Below, one piece after another: positions 12,379 to 25,695 of a stretch of DNA of 64,000 bases. Below the pieces are notes generated by a model. It made no database searches. It was not told the origin of the DNA and was given only the letters and a program-made list of their open reading frames with translations. This DNA is from Phoronis australis (Eukaryota > Animalia > Phoronida): positions 484,866-548,865 of the forward strand of contig NMRA01000232.1 of assembly GCA_002633005.1 (NCBI GenBank), in the 5' to 3' direction. Position 1 is the stretch's first letter. Each line of letters starts with the position of its first letter. Made by a program: the position numbers and the translations under genes.

Positions 12379-15344
12379 ATAAAGAGTCGAAATAGCAGTG
12401 TTTTATTTAGGTAAAATAGATGACAGAAACATAATTAGTTAGAATGTCTGACGTTCAATGAAAATACATTATATTGTGCATATATTTTTATTGCATAAAT
12501 AGTATTTTAACATTATGTCGATTCTTATATCTGCGCTTTATTTTTTAATTTAAACTCAATGAGGTACTATACTGAAATTGCTTAACTGCTTTCATTTTTG
12601 TGTGACTGAGTTTATAATATGACATAATCTTGCCTGTAAGAGTTGAAATTCTTTGTACAATGAATCATTCAAAATATGTTTAGGAAATTGTTTTTTTACT
12701 AGTGTGTCGTGGTACTCAGCCATACATAAAATTAGGATCCACAAATGGAGGCAATTCCCTACATGTATTTCCCGTGGAACACTGTGGGGTTTGCAGTTTT
12801 TCTCTGTTGTCTTGAATTGTCTTTAGGTTTTGCTCGACATAATTCAGAGACTTCACTATTCACAGTATTTTTATTTCTAGAGTTGCGTAGATTGTAACGT
12901 CTGGGAAAGTTATTTCTCCATTACAAAAATGTGTGCTCAAATTCTGTGTCAGTTTGCGAGAATCATCTCTTCCCGACAAACACATTTGCAGTGAGTTGTG
13001 TGATACGCTACTGCTTGAGCAGGTGACCAAACTTTTTTAATGACATTTTTTGTGTTCAGTTGGTTTGAATGCCAGTGTGGTAGTGATAAACTTTCTTTTG
13101 AAGTGGAACGTTTTTCAGTTATGAGACAGTACTAAGCTGACGTTACAAACACTTAATTTTGTTCGCAGGAAATGAATAGTTCAAGATTGAAACAAACCTA
13201 TATGTCTGGGCGATGCCAGAAATCCAACAGTCTGCTTGTTGATCAGAAACTTGATCAGAGTTGACCAGGAAGTGCGAACATCTTGCTAATGTTTACTGTG
13301 GAGACCTTGATCACGATGACGTGTCTCATAAATGCGAGCATCATCTCTAGCGATAGCATGCTACAGTACTTGGTGGCAAATGTGGGTTACACTAAAAAAT
13401 AATCTCCGCCAACTTAAAGTCAGTGTTACCAATATTTCACTCCAAAGGTTTTGTGCACCATGGTGACGAACTGTGCAGGAGAACCTGAGACGTCACCTGT
13501 AGGAGTGACGGGGATGTCGTGACGAGACGTAATGCCCCAGTAACTGTAGATTTAGTTGGGCAAAGAAAGAAAAAATTGGGCAAGAAAAAGAGATTATTTC
13601 AAATAAGGTTCCAAAATTAGAAACTATAGCAAAATGGGTTCATTTGCACTATTTAAAAGCCGTTAAATTATCCCTAACCTTCATTTTGGGGTTTTGTAGT
13701 ACTGCTATCGAATTTTGTTGCCGTTTTTTCTCACAGTAGAATTTTGTTCACACGATGTTCTTCGTAAAAACGGAAGAGGCATGAGTGTCTCGGTCAAGAA
13801 AAAGGAAGACACAAAATTTGACAACCATCACCGTTCAAGCGTTGCAGTCTCGTCACATCACTAGCCTTCCTGACTGATCATGTTCAGTCACCTCGGCATG
13901 GTGCATGGCGAGAACATATCGTCCACCACTCGGCTCGGCACCAAGAACTGGCAAACAACAAGTCGTGGAAATGGACGACATGTCGTGATTGTGCTCAAAA
14001 AGAGTTCGGTGACGACACAATTTACAAAAAAAACGAAGCAGAGTATGTTAAACGCAGAACTGGTCACGTGGCATTACCCTTGATGCCCCAAGTTACAATA
14101 CAATATCATGCTTTTTCATTTGAAAATACTGCAGTCTGCATTTGGAGATAATCTTACCGTATCTAAGTAAGATAATGCATTAGTGGTGGCTTGTGGAGTA
14201 AATGAATTAGATTCGGATCAACCTGTTTTAGAGTATAGGCCTCCCCGGCCAAGAATAAAAAGGACGCTGCCGGCATGTCATTTTTAGGGACTTCGCTGCT
14301 TGACCCAGTCCCCTTCCGAATGCCTAGATCCGCAACCGTACCGGTTATGCACTGGATGTTCATGAGCTAACAGGATTGTTTCTGAAAAGGTCGTTTCTCA
14401 TGGAGATTATGCAATTTCTAAATCAAACAAGTTCAAAATTCATTAATAACAAGACTTATACGATTTAAGGTAGGTATGTTCGGTTATTTCTAATCTCCAA
14501 TAAGAACATATCTAGCCTGACTGGGCTGTGCTGTTAAAACAAAAGTTAATTTATAACATACTGAACATAAAGCAAGCATTTCTGAGTTCCTCGTCAAATG
14601 GTGATCATGTTTAGTTTTTGAATTGCCAAAATCGCCCAACTACAATCGATGTTACGACAATCTGTTCTTTCCGAACGCTCTAGTGGGTTTGACTTAACAA
14701 AGGAGCTAGATGTTATTACACGCTCCCAACCATATACGTCCGGTAAATTCACTGAAAGGGAAGACGCCGTCCTGTTGTGCATACACGGCACAACAAAAAC
14801 TGGATAGATTTCATTAATGACGCAAACACGTTGAAAATTAGTTTATCTTTGTTGCAATACTATCTGCGTGGTCATAAAAAATGAAACTTAATTCTTACCA
14901 CTCAGTAAAAAAAGAAGACATTAACTTCCTAGACGCCATCATGGCCATATAGTAAATCGAAGGATAGCTGTTTCATCGCTCACTCAATAACTACATGTAA
15001 ATGTCGACAAAGATGCCATGCAGCGTCCAGTGTGTCAAACCTTTTAACTCTCGGGGGAACGTTTCCAGAAGAATGAAAAAATTGATTGCTAAAAGATTTG
15101 AATAAAACCCTTGAACTTCAGCAGCTCTGGATTTTCATGAAACATATCGCCAGTCAATGATTGATATACTTGATACGCCTGCGCTTACAAAAATACTTCT
15201 CAACGCTCAACGATGAGCGATGACTCGCAAAAATAAAATCAGTTGACTGATAACGTGGTGTACATATAAGTTTTGAAACCATGGCCGAAATCTTTGAGCA
15301 TCAAATGTTAAAAGAAGAATGGTTAGGCAATGTTCTATGAATTC

Positions 15345-15570
15345 AGCGACTCGTCGTTCTAGTTCAAAACGAACTCAAGATAGGTGTTTTTCAGACTCGA
15401 AATTGTAGGTTTAATGCTGAGGTCATCCAGTACCGTTAGACAGTCATCCACGTAAACCATAATGTACTGTTAGCAGTTGGCTTGAGTTCGTACAAAAATA
15501 CAGAATAGAAACGTGAAAAATAATGTTGATTTCGATTTCGAGTACATAGATTATTGTAACCAGGACCCCA
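15345..15570. mobile_element. Diverged partial copy of the 2734-3115 MITE family
   Basis: CTTGAGTTCGTACAAAAA and TTTCGAGTACATAGATTA...GGACCCCAG parallel CTTGAGTTCGCACAAAAG and TTTCGAGTACAGAGATTAG...GGGCCCAG. Confidence 0.6.
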
Positions 15571-17652
15571 GACGGCAATGCGGTATGCGTGTGCAAAAAT
15601 AACACTGTCGTTGTGGGTTCGTTATCCTTCTGTAGTTAAAATGTGTAAAGTGCTTCTTCAAAACATTGATTTGCGTGCCTCAGAAATAGTAATATGTTTT
15701 GATACTTGAAATGCTTTTGAGGTTTTAATAAATTAGGTTATCCAACTGTCATTGAAAAACTTCCAATTAAACTTATGAATAGGCGGAGTGATAAACTTAT
15801 TAAATTTCACTTTTTATTCAAGGGTAGGATCTCGACTGCTTACCTTCGTTTTGGCTTTCAAAGTTTTTTTCTTGCTGAATAACAACAGAATCTTAGGTAA
15901 ATTACTTTTGACAATTTACCAAAGTAAATATACTAGTTTCGCTTCTCACTAAGTAGGACGTTCACTTGCAAAGCAGAAAGTTGTAAAAAAACTGCAGCTC
16001 AATAGGTCATCATATGAAAACGCTTAAGCGTGGCTTTGCATTCATTCATGTGTACGAAAAATGACAATCCATGAATACCGCTGTCTTTGAGTTTACCATT
16101 AAACAGTTCTTTGAAAAGAAAGCAATTTAGGTGTGAATTCGGTAGAACCGAGAAACTCGCAAAAAATCCCGCAAGACGACCAAATGACCACCAGTGAAAC
16201 GATTGGGTTTTTTTGGGGTGCTCAGGATCTTACTTCGCTGGAATCAGTGGCAGACTTGAACGTAAAATTTATAACCTACCACTGGCGTGTCGTAGACAAG
16301 AAAATCTCGTGAAAACGCAAGATCGTGTAAGACTTCGTGAGATATCGCTATGCATTATACTAGTTTCCTTCGAGAGGGCGCCTCTATCTGAGCACCAGTT
16401 GGGAGCCACTATCGTACCCTAGCAATATGGCGGCCACTGAAGAGATTCGTCGGTTACGTTGTAATGTTGAATTTTTGGACGCAATTCCCTGTTTCAGTTC
16501 CATAAGCAAAGATTTTCGCAGCAAGTTCTTCGCAAGTCTTTTGGGTCTGCGGAACGCTCTGTTGGGCCCCGTACTTCACTCACGCATGAGTGATTTTGGC
16601 CCTACCAACTGAGTGTCATTCCTTTGCTGAACTTTTGTGTTTTGAAAAGCACGCACGCATGATGGTGTGCATACACTTGTGTTATTTAATTTTTAGTCCC
16701 TTTGTTACCGGAATATACAGAGACACAAAGTGTACGGTATATTTTGGTACACAAGTACATTTGTATTGCTCCGAGCAGCTGTGCTGGCAAGACTTAGGGC
16801 CCGTGACTGACAGGGGCCTATGACATTTTATAGCGGCCCTGTTCCTCACCCCCTTAGAAGGCGCGACCTACAAAAGCGTACAACCAGCACGAACGCAGTA
16901 AGTAAACCCATCGTCGACAGAATTGTAGAACGGCGACTGCATATCAACCGGAAAATATGAAGAAAACATGAAAAGTGTGTTCAAATTTCCTCTGAGAATG
17001 CGAGCAGTCACGTTGATTAACACCTATGATGAAGGTTCTATTTCACTGGAGAAGTGCCAAATCAAATTACTGTCATTCGCGTTAAATGTGCAAACACACT
17101 TTTCCACTCCATGGCACGCAGGAAAGTGAATAAGGTAGCGTTAAATAAAAGGATGAACTGGCGTTCCTTGACGCTTGTTTTGCACCTGCATAGACAGGTG
17201 TGTAACATTTGGGGATTGTCGGCGTTACCCCACTAATTATCTATTTAGTTGGGTAAAAAGGAGTCGGAGGGTTTTTAGCAAGGAAAAAATTGAGCAAAGA
17301 GAGTACATTCAAACGAGCGTTCCAAATTTGAAAGTTTTGAAAAAGTGGTTTAATTGTCTGTAGAAATTTGTCCTACATGTACATGTACCATTTAGCTGCG
17401 GATTTTTTCAATAAAAAGTTTTGCTTTCGTTCTTAACGACAATGGTTTTTTCGATGTGGAATTCTGCGTAAAATACGAGAGATGTATAATTGTTTTACAC
17501 GAGAAGATGGTCGACAACTAAGTTCACGGAGCGTTTTCGTGTCGCACTACTCATGGTAGTTCCTTACTCGTTTCAGCAGTTGCTTACTAAATGTTCAGGA
17601 AACCGGACCCAATTGTCTGTGAAAAACTAGAGGGTAGTAACAGCGTTAAAGT

Positions 17653-17705
17653 GACATTATCGGAGAGCAAACTGACTTTTTGAGATCGGACTCAGCGCAG
17701 AATCG
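17653..17705 (+). repeat. Dispersed repeat family A, partial copy 2
   Basis: GACATTATCGGAGAGCAAACTGACTTTTTGAGATCGGACTCAGCGCAGAA resembles the 4990 and 37695 copies. Confidence 0.5.
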
Positions 17706-17859
17706 AATTCGCGTTGTTCCTGGCCACTACATAACCCGGACTTAGCATTTATTTACGTGAACTGTATGCCACGTCAACCATTTCGAAAGTCTTCCTTTTA
17801 ATGTTCCTGTCAAATAATCACGGCGATATTACGTTGGTTGTTCTGTTACCTTGTGAAAA

Positions 17860-18433
17860 GGGTAATATTCACTTATGGGGATGGTGCGGGATTTTGAGAA
17901 CAATTTTCGTCCACTGGTGATGTTGGCAAATGTGTGGATTTTTGTCTTTTCTCATTGCCATTTCGTGTCGTCAAAAGCGTAGTCGCCAACAACAACCCTG
18001 GCCAAAATTATGAATGGTCCCTTCGTTTTCTGTTGATGCCTATCCTCACGAGTTTCTTCTAAGTCGTTTGTTTATTACTACCGGTGCGACCTCAGTCACC
18101 AGGTGGCGAGACGGTCTGTTAGCACTGAACAGTTACATNAGGGTAATATTCACTTATGGGGATGGTGCGGGATTTTGAGAACAATTTTCGTCCACTGGTT
18201 CCCCAAAAGTCAGTGATGTTGGCAAATGTGTGGATTTTTGTCTCTTCTCATTGCCATTTCGTGTCGTCAAAAGCGTAGTCGCCAACAACAACCCTGGCCA
18301 AAATTATGAATGGTCCCTTCGTTTTCTGTTGATGCCTATCCTCACGAGTTTCTTCAAAGTCGTTTGTTTATTACTACCGGTGCGACCTCAGTCACCAGGT
18401 GGCGAGACGGTCTGTTCAGCACTGAACAGTTAG
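17860..18433 (+). other. Near-identical ~280-bp tandem duplication flanking a single N (likely contig-overlap artefact)
   Basis: 17860-18135 repeats at 18140-18433, with the N at 18139 at the junction. The copies differ by a 14-bp indel and a few single bases. Confidence 0.85.
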
Positions 18434-20096
18434 GTTGCGGCCACGGGAAATTTTGTAGTGCCTAGAATTTGTGTAAAGGGCGTGTGTCAGGTTTGGCGGC
18501 TGAAGGAAGATGATTTGCTTGTGCTTTTGAATGAGAAAAGCCAAATTTTTAGCCATGACTTAATTTTGATGCAAAATAGTGGCTGCAGTTTGCTTTCAAC
18601 CCCTGTCGCCTGCGATTTCAGGTGGCTGTCAAACAGATGAAATTGCCAAAACGGCAGCTGGTAACGACGTACTTTGGCCACATTTTTAAGAGCGGGCATT
18701 CTGAATCTGTAGTCAGATTTTTTTTAGCACTTATAGACAAGTAGTAATTTTGGGGAGATGTCAAATTTGGGGTTTTTTGGTTCTATTTTTCTTCGTTGTG
18801 AATTAACTGATTGAAAATCTGTAGCATAATTAAGTTTCAGTTATCATGAGTTGTGCTTGTGGGTTGGGAATGCTACAAAAGCATTCATCTCCACTAAGAT
18901 TGGCGTCGCCAGCCAGAACCCTGTAATAACTGTAGTGTGCCCCCTCTCCTTAGCGAGACGGCTTCCAAACATGTCGTGTCGTAAAAAGAACTCCGGCATT
19001 TCGTGACTGAGTCAACTCAAAAACACTTCGGTAAAGAGACTACTTACCGACACGAGAAAGGGAGCAAAAGAAAAGAAGTCCGGTTACCCGGCGAAGAAGT
19101 GCTAGCTAGGCATTGCTTTTGGGCCCTGATATTTCAAAATTATCTCGTGCTGTTTTCGCCTGAAAATGCCACATGTGGAGATAATCTGTGACAGGGTCTA
19201 AGCAACGTAGTGCACGCTGGTGTTGACTTACGAAGTAAAAGTTGTCGACCTTGGGCATATGACTTTTTAATCAACTTCGAACGCTAGAAACTTACAACGT
19301 GTACAGCAGGTGATAAAAAATTATCTATGCAGTTTGCAAGTAGACAATCAACCTTGACAATGCTATGAAATATTTTGCAGGTTGTGAAAATAATTGCAAA
19401 TTGAAACATCGACCTTAGTGTTTTGCGAAAATAATGACTAGTTTCTAATCATTCACCCTTTGTAGTGACTGGTTTCTACGCACTTAGTCTAAGTAAGCTC
19501 ACCCCTAAGTTGTTTTTCATGACATTTTTGTTAATTAAAAGTTCAATTTTATCCATTAAATCTTTTTTGATGAAGCATAAATCAGCAGGGTATTATGCAT
19601 TCATTTGGTAATCATTCGAGTACAACTTGTTCGCAACCAGCGATCGGACGGACGGCGGAGATTGCGAAACTTGTGATTTGGCTGCTGGGGCATTCCAGCA
19701 TTTTTCAGCACTCGCTGTTTTTGTTACAAACTCTCCATCCTCGTTATCACAAATTCTTCTCCTGTATGTCACCGATTCTCCGGACCTGAACTAAATTCCG
19801 TAGACGTACGACGCAGTAAAAGAAGCCAATGTGATCACGTACTTCAATAAGTCTTGTATGGTCTTGCATTTTCGCGAAATTCTCGCGTCAACGGCCCCTC
19901 TCACCGTCATCACCGATTCTTTGCTGGTAGTCGGCACCAGAATTCCAAAGTCCTTGGTATGCATGTACATTACATAAACCAGTCACGAATTATGTAAAGG
20001 TTGCGTGAAACACAACTTTGTCGTTGGAAAACGTCTTTATGAGTAAAATAGTCGACAAAACCTGAAAAATTCATTTACATGAACTTAATTAATTAG

Positions 20097-20270
20097 GGGA
20101 AGCATTGAGTGAGGCCTTGGGGATAGGTGTCCGCTCCCTTTGCTCAAGGTCGTGGGTTCGAATCCCACTGGGGTAGACTGATAAACCCTTGAGCCAGGTC
20201 TCTAGCTCCTCAGCTCGGTTTATCTAAAAGCATAAAAATGGTTCCAGGTAACCAGTGCAATGGGTCCACC
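20097..20270 (+). mobile_element. tRNA-derived SINE (degenerate)
   Basis: Consensus Pol III B box GGTTCGAATCC at 20155-20165 within AAGGTCGTGGGTTCGAATCCCAC, followed by a non-tRNA body. The A box is decayed and there is no acceptor stem. Confidence 0.65.
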
Positions 20271-21513
20271 CGAGCGGTCCACCAGACTGCCGGCAATTAT
20301 TTGTTTATTATTAATTATGCGTGGGCTGTATATTCATTAATATATTCTTCATGGTTGACCAGTGTACTTTAAAGCGGATATACATGTAGAACCCTCAGGC
20401 TCCGCCATCTTAAAAACTTAAATTCCATGTAAACCACTAATCTGACATAAATTCGATATCAACTTCTTCGTTGCTCTGATGAGAAGTGATTTTTGGTCTT
20501 CCAAGGAAATAGCGGTTCATTATCCCTGGAGACCATGTTCACAGCATAAGATGACCCACCATGACAAGTTAACTTTAATGTATAGCTCGGTCTTAAACAA
20601 AAACAAAATTCCAGTTCTTTACGGGCTCACCAGTCGAATCCGAACCACTTGAGCATTCCTAAAATATGATAATACTTTTAAGATGGTCGAGGACTTGCAT
20701 TTCTTATACTGAATGAAAACGTCAACATTCCTTGAAAAAAACAGCAATCTTGATTTTTGGCTGTCCAGATCGGGATAAAAGGCATTAAAAGAAAATTCCA
20801 GAAAAGCTTTAGTATGTAATAGCAGGAAGAGATATCTCTTCCTGGTAATAGTACAAAGATACGAATTTTGCTGTCAGGTTTTGTACGAAAAGTTAATGTT
20901 TGAATGTTGAAAATGCGTGAAAAATCATGATGTTTGAGAAGAAGGGTGATTCTGTGATGAACAGGGATTTAAAAACATCTAGTCGTCTGTTAATAGCTAA
21001 CTGTTGTGCACATTTGTGGACCTTCTGTTGTTACACAGGGTCAGCAGGCAGGCGATTCGCGCAAGCACGATTTCTGTACTGTTAACTTACTACACTGTAT
21101 GTTTTATATTGTAAATGTCACGAAAATATCTGTTAATATCCTGTGGTGCTTCGTTGCCTGCAAATAATTGATTTATTTTAATAAGCTTTAAAAAGCTATA
21201 TTGAACGGTGCTTTGGTAACACGCTATTATTTTGAGGCATCCCGTGTCACACAATGACAAGGATCCATTGTTTTATTTAAATTTTGCGTCGCTTCACAAA
21301 AGTCTAGTCGTGAAGTAATGCAATGAATATACTGCGGTAGTGGGATGGAGCTCACAGGTCCTATTTTGGTTTGATAGCCGGCTTCATTCTTATTTTATTT
21401 TACTTCGAAGTTGGCCATTTAGACATTTAGACACGCTGAAGCGACACTCAATTTAGCTTTGCGTTGGTACGGCTTGACTAATAGTCATTTGTTACGTCTT
21501 TTCAGAGCAGAAG

Positions 21514-21606
21514 TCGGATATAACGTGCACATATTTTGAGAACCAGTTTGACGCCCGTTATTCAGTGAAGAAAACTGGTTCTAAAAATGTGGCTCGTTAT
21601 ATCCGA
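21514..21606. repeat. Small fold-back element (~35-bp arms)
   Basis: TCGGATATAACGTGCACATATTTTGAGAACCAGTTT versus the reverse complement of the right arm, TCGGATATAACGAGCCACATTTTTAGAACCAGTTT. Confidence 0.8.
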
Positions 21607-22592
21607 TCATTACCCCTTTTCAGTGCTGATGTGTTTGTTATTACGTATGTGTCTTGCGCGTACTTCACGAGACATGGTAATAAAGTTATGTATTATATTC
21701 TAAAAAGTCGGTAATAAACAAAATTTTTGAAACGCTGTGTGCGCGGATTTCAAAAGTGTGCCTCGTTGTTACGCAAAGTTTGCCCAGTGTCTTCTTACGT
21801 AAATATAATGGCACATCTTTCCGTTTTCCGTTAGTGCGTTGATCAAGAGTATTTGTTCGCAATTAAATAGCGGTGTTAAATTTGCATCAAGATTCTTTGA
21901 TGATGATTTGTTGACAATGAGTGTGTACTTCATCGGAACCCCACCATCTCTCAAGGAGGAAAAATTTTCTTTCCGAAACACCATTAATATCTCGTAACAA
22001 TCATTTTCGGATCTCCCACACAGCTGATGAAACCGCGGAATTCAATAAAAGGGGTAAGTCATATTTTCGGTAACAATTTGCACCAAAAGTCCGTTGATAT
22101 TATGTAAATGGGAGAGGTGGCAGACTATTATAGCACAAGGTCGACGTTTTCGGGTGTTTTGATCCTGCAAGATTTATCACTTCCGAAGGGGATGGTTGTC
22201 TTCAACAGTTTATCCAACAGTCTCAACTTTCCGTTAATGTGCTTTTAAAGACGTGTTCGCAAATTTATATCCGCGAGATTGCAGTTCGTTGACCACCACT
22301 AATGACATTTTGATAAGAGCCACTCTTTCTAGTTGTAGAAATGCAACTAGTTATTATCGCATCGTCCTGAAAGGCGGTGGCCACTACTCTTGAGAATCAA
22401 TCAAAATCACAATGCCCTCACGCTGTAACAGTGCATTGAATTTTTCCAAACCGGTTTTTCCCAAATACACGCCCGTAGAAAACTTACCGAATACAGACCA
22501 AGTATAATTTCTAGGATTTTGTATAGTTTCTTAAAACGAACAGCGCCACTGAGCGTTATTCACTGTATTTTACCATCAAGTCAGCTTTTTCA

Positions 22593-22635
22593 CAATGGCG
22601 GATTCAGAGGGGGGCCAGCCCCCCCCCCCCTAAAA
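22593..22635 (+). mobile_element. Isolated hAT-like MITE terminus
   Basis: CAATGGCGGATTCAGAGGGGGGCCAGCCCCCCCC has the same terminal style as 184, 1151 and 27544. Confidence 0.45.
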
Positions 22636-23024
22636 TTCTCCCAGATTCCATTTGGCAGTTCAGGGTGCAAAATCCTGTCTTTATACACCCTCCTTTCCGA
22701 AGGTACGCTCGAGCTTACTTTTGGGGTACCGGAAAGGCAAAAGTTGTGGTGTTTGCACATACTGGGATATCCCCGGTAGGTGCGACTAATACCGTCGATC
22801 AGAGGTTCTTGTTTTTTAGCCACTGTGACTCTGTCACTCTACTCTTGTGCACTGTACATTTTAACTCATTGCTTTATTACGTTTACCGGTTGAGTGGTCA
22901 TTTGATGAGCAGATGAATTGAATTCAAACCGTAACAACAAGGTCTCAAAAACTACTGCTTATTAATTGGAATATATCTTTCATGAAGAAAACGTTATCAC
23001 CGTTATGCGTCTTATGCAACATCC

Positions 23025-23214
23025 TATCGTTGGCTAAATTGGTGAACGTTGCGCACGTAAATTACGTGTGTAAATCATTTTTTGTTAGAGGTGTAAACTA
23101 ATTATTTGCGTAAAGTAACTTTTAACGCAGCAAATAATTACTTTATGCCTCTAACAAGAATTAATTTACGCACGTAACTTACGTGTGTAACGTTCACTCA
23201 TTTGGTCAACAATA
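23025..23214. repeat. 190-bp fold-back / palindromic MITE-like element
   Basis: Arms of ~85 bp pair along their length around a short loop, with TA at both ends. Confidence 0.85.
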
Positions 23215-25159
23215 ACTTTCTGTCTTTTACGTCAGCTTTCCTTCAATATTCACGTAAAGCCCATTTTTGTTATATTAATATTTATATGTTTTTATTATTT
23301 GCGTTTATCTGCCAGTAATCGTTTGTGTATGCTCTTAATGATTCTACAAATCAGTGATATCAAAATTGCGTTACTTTAAAATGCTTAGATTAGGCCAAAA
23401 AGTGATTCTAGATTGCGCGCGCAACACTTTAACGTTGCACATTACTACTTGACCGGTATCTAAAATCAGAGATCGGGTGATCATTGGTAAAACTACATTT
23501 TTGCCCCAAAACATGAGTTGATATCAAGTGAATTTTGTAATAAACGAAAAAGCACTGTCGCACCCCTTAGGCTGATACGAGCTCACGTTTTGCAAAAAAA
23601 GGAAATGAAACAGTCATTGCTCCACTGGCATAACTTTAATGGGTAAGAGGTAGGTATTCTTTTTTGAAAAAATAAACAAAAAGCTATTGCATCACCACTC
23701 ATTATCAAAAAGTCGGAGACCAGAGCCAATGTTCAGAGCTCCCGTGTCTAAGAAAACGACTTTCACATATTTAAGCTCCCGATCTACCAACACTGAAACA
23801 AATGCATTTCTAAAAGTAAAAGTATTCTACCTCTGAGAAGCCAAAAATAGCATTCCCCTGAAAATTAATTCTCTTGAGACGACCTCAGGCTTAGCTCATA
23901 CCGGTTCGTTGCGTATCAATCGTTAGTTCACGCGTATCTAGTAGCCGAAAGTTGTGATTTCTTCATTTGACCGAGTCGTTTGCTAATCCTTTTGTTTTCC
24001 CCGCCGGTTCAAAACAGTGCGGGGCACAGACCCACCGTTTATTACGAGCGGGCGCGAAATGCCCAGGTAAGTGTCATGTTTATATTGAAGCCGCAAAAAC
24101 ATGTTTTGGTGAAAAAATCAGAATTTTCTCAAGGGCAAAGCAATATCTCCACGTTGTTTGAACTGAATTTGGTTCCATTAAATATATTTAGAATTCCCTT
24201 GATAGCAATATTCTGTCCTTGGTGTAGCAAACTAAGTCGCCGTGTCGAGCAACTTGGACCGGATGTGAAGCAATAGCCATCTGCCAGTGTTTCTCAAGTC
24301 TGGAAATCATTTCTTCTCTGAGTAAGGAACAAGAAGAGTCGGTTTGTGTAACAGCAAGCTGACCTAAATCAAAAGCTACTTGACAGGCAGTTCGAGTTTA
24401 TTGCCCCTTTACTGTGCGTGAAAGGTTTCCAGTCTTTGCACAGTTCTGCATAATGATTTCGCCACAACGTAGTTCTGTCACAAACTCGCCTTCGTATCAT
24501 TAGTAACTCTCTTGAGTTTGGACAGATTATTTGTCGCAAGAAAATTGTATTTTTTTACGAAATGACCAAGCCGGCGGTGTCGCGATAAGGTAAATGACAT
24601 GCCAATAGTATAAAATACATCCTCAACAGCAATCCATATGATGTGTTTTACAGTGTGCAAGAAAATACCCAGTAGACAAGCAATTAATGATGATTGCATG
24701 CATCTCAGCTCTTATGTCCAGCACCGTAACTTGTGCCTGCAGGAACTTGATTCGAAAATATTTTATAGACGGCTACGGGAGATGCGACCTAACCTCGTCG
24801 GAAATTAATTGTACCTGGTTTCAAAACGTTAACCAGATAGGAAATAACCGTTAAAGCCAGAGAGACCGAGGGAAGCAACAAACGCGGATCCCGGCCCAAT
24901 CGCGGAATTGGGACTCGTGAACGCCGATTGCCAATGTTTTGCATCCAGGCGTGGCCTTCCATTTTTGCATTGATGTAAACTTGAAAAATGGGGTACGGCT
25001 GAATGCGAAAAAGGTTTTTAAAATAAATTACACAGGTACTCTTTGTAAGAATAATACATTAAAGGAAATTGAAAAGTTGTGACTGAACACTGCGACTTTG
25101 CCTTAAGTAGCTAAGGAACTATTTATACTTCGGAAGGGAAAATATTTTCACTTGCTAGG

Positions 25160-25695
25160 TCATCATCATCATCACCACCATCATCATCTGCATCATCATC
25201 ATTATCGTCATTGTCGTCGTCATCGTCATCACCACCGTCATCATCCTCATCATCATGACTATTATGATCATCATCATCACCACCACCACCACCATCATCA
25301 TAGCTGCCATCATCGTCACCATCACCATCATCACCATTATCATAGCTGCCACCATCGTCACCATCATCATCATCACCACCACCATCATCATCACTGTCAC
25401 CGTCATCATCATCACCATCATCATCACGTCATCTGCATCATCATCAGCAGCAGCAGCGCCCTAATCACTATCGTCACTATTTTCGTCGTAACAGTAATCA
25501 CTGCCACCATCATCGTCGTCATTATCACAATCTCTCTCATCACTGTCATCATCACCAATATCATAATCGTACCAATTAATGGCATAATCGTCATCACGTC
25601 ATCCTCATTATGATTATCGTACTCACAATCACTAAAATCATTATCATAACGTCATTGTCATCGCCATCACAATCATCACCGTTCTCGTCATCATT
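25160..25695. repeat. Compound (CAT/CAC/CGT)n trinucleotide microsatellite decaying rightwards
   Basis: Directly visible. It explains the His-, Ile/Thr- and Met/Val-rich ORFs in three frames. Confidence 0.95.

Noticed and set aside
12880-14080. Degenerate coding-like sequence of a possible large transposon
   Set aside because: No transposase motif or paired termini could be identified by eye.
20097-20175. tRNA gene
   Set aside because: A B box is present but there are no acceptor, D or anticodon stems. It fits a SINE head better.
23960-24075. Possible first exon ending CAG|GTAAGT at 24067
   Set aside because: Strong donor, but no promoter signature or downstream partner exon was found.
25152-25613. 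153-aa histidine-rich ORF (and overlapping Met/Val and Ile/Thr ORFs)
   Set aside because: By-product of the (CAT/CAC)n microsatellite, open in several frames on both strands, with no ATG start or splice support.
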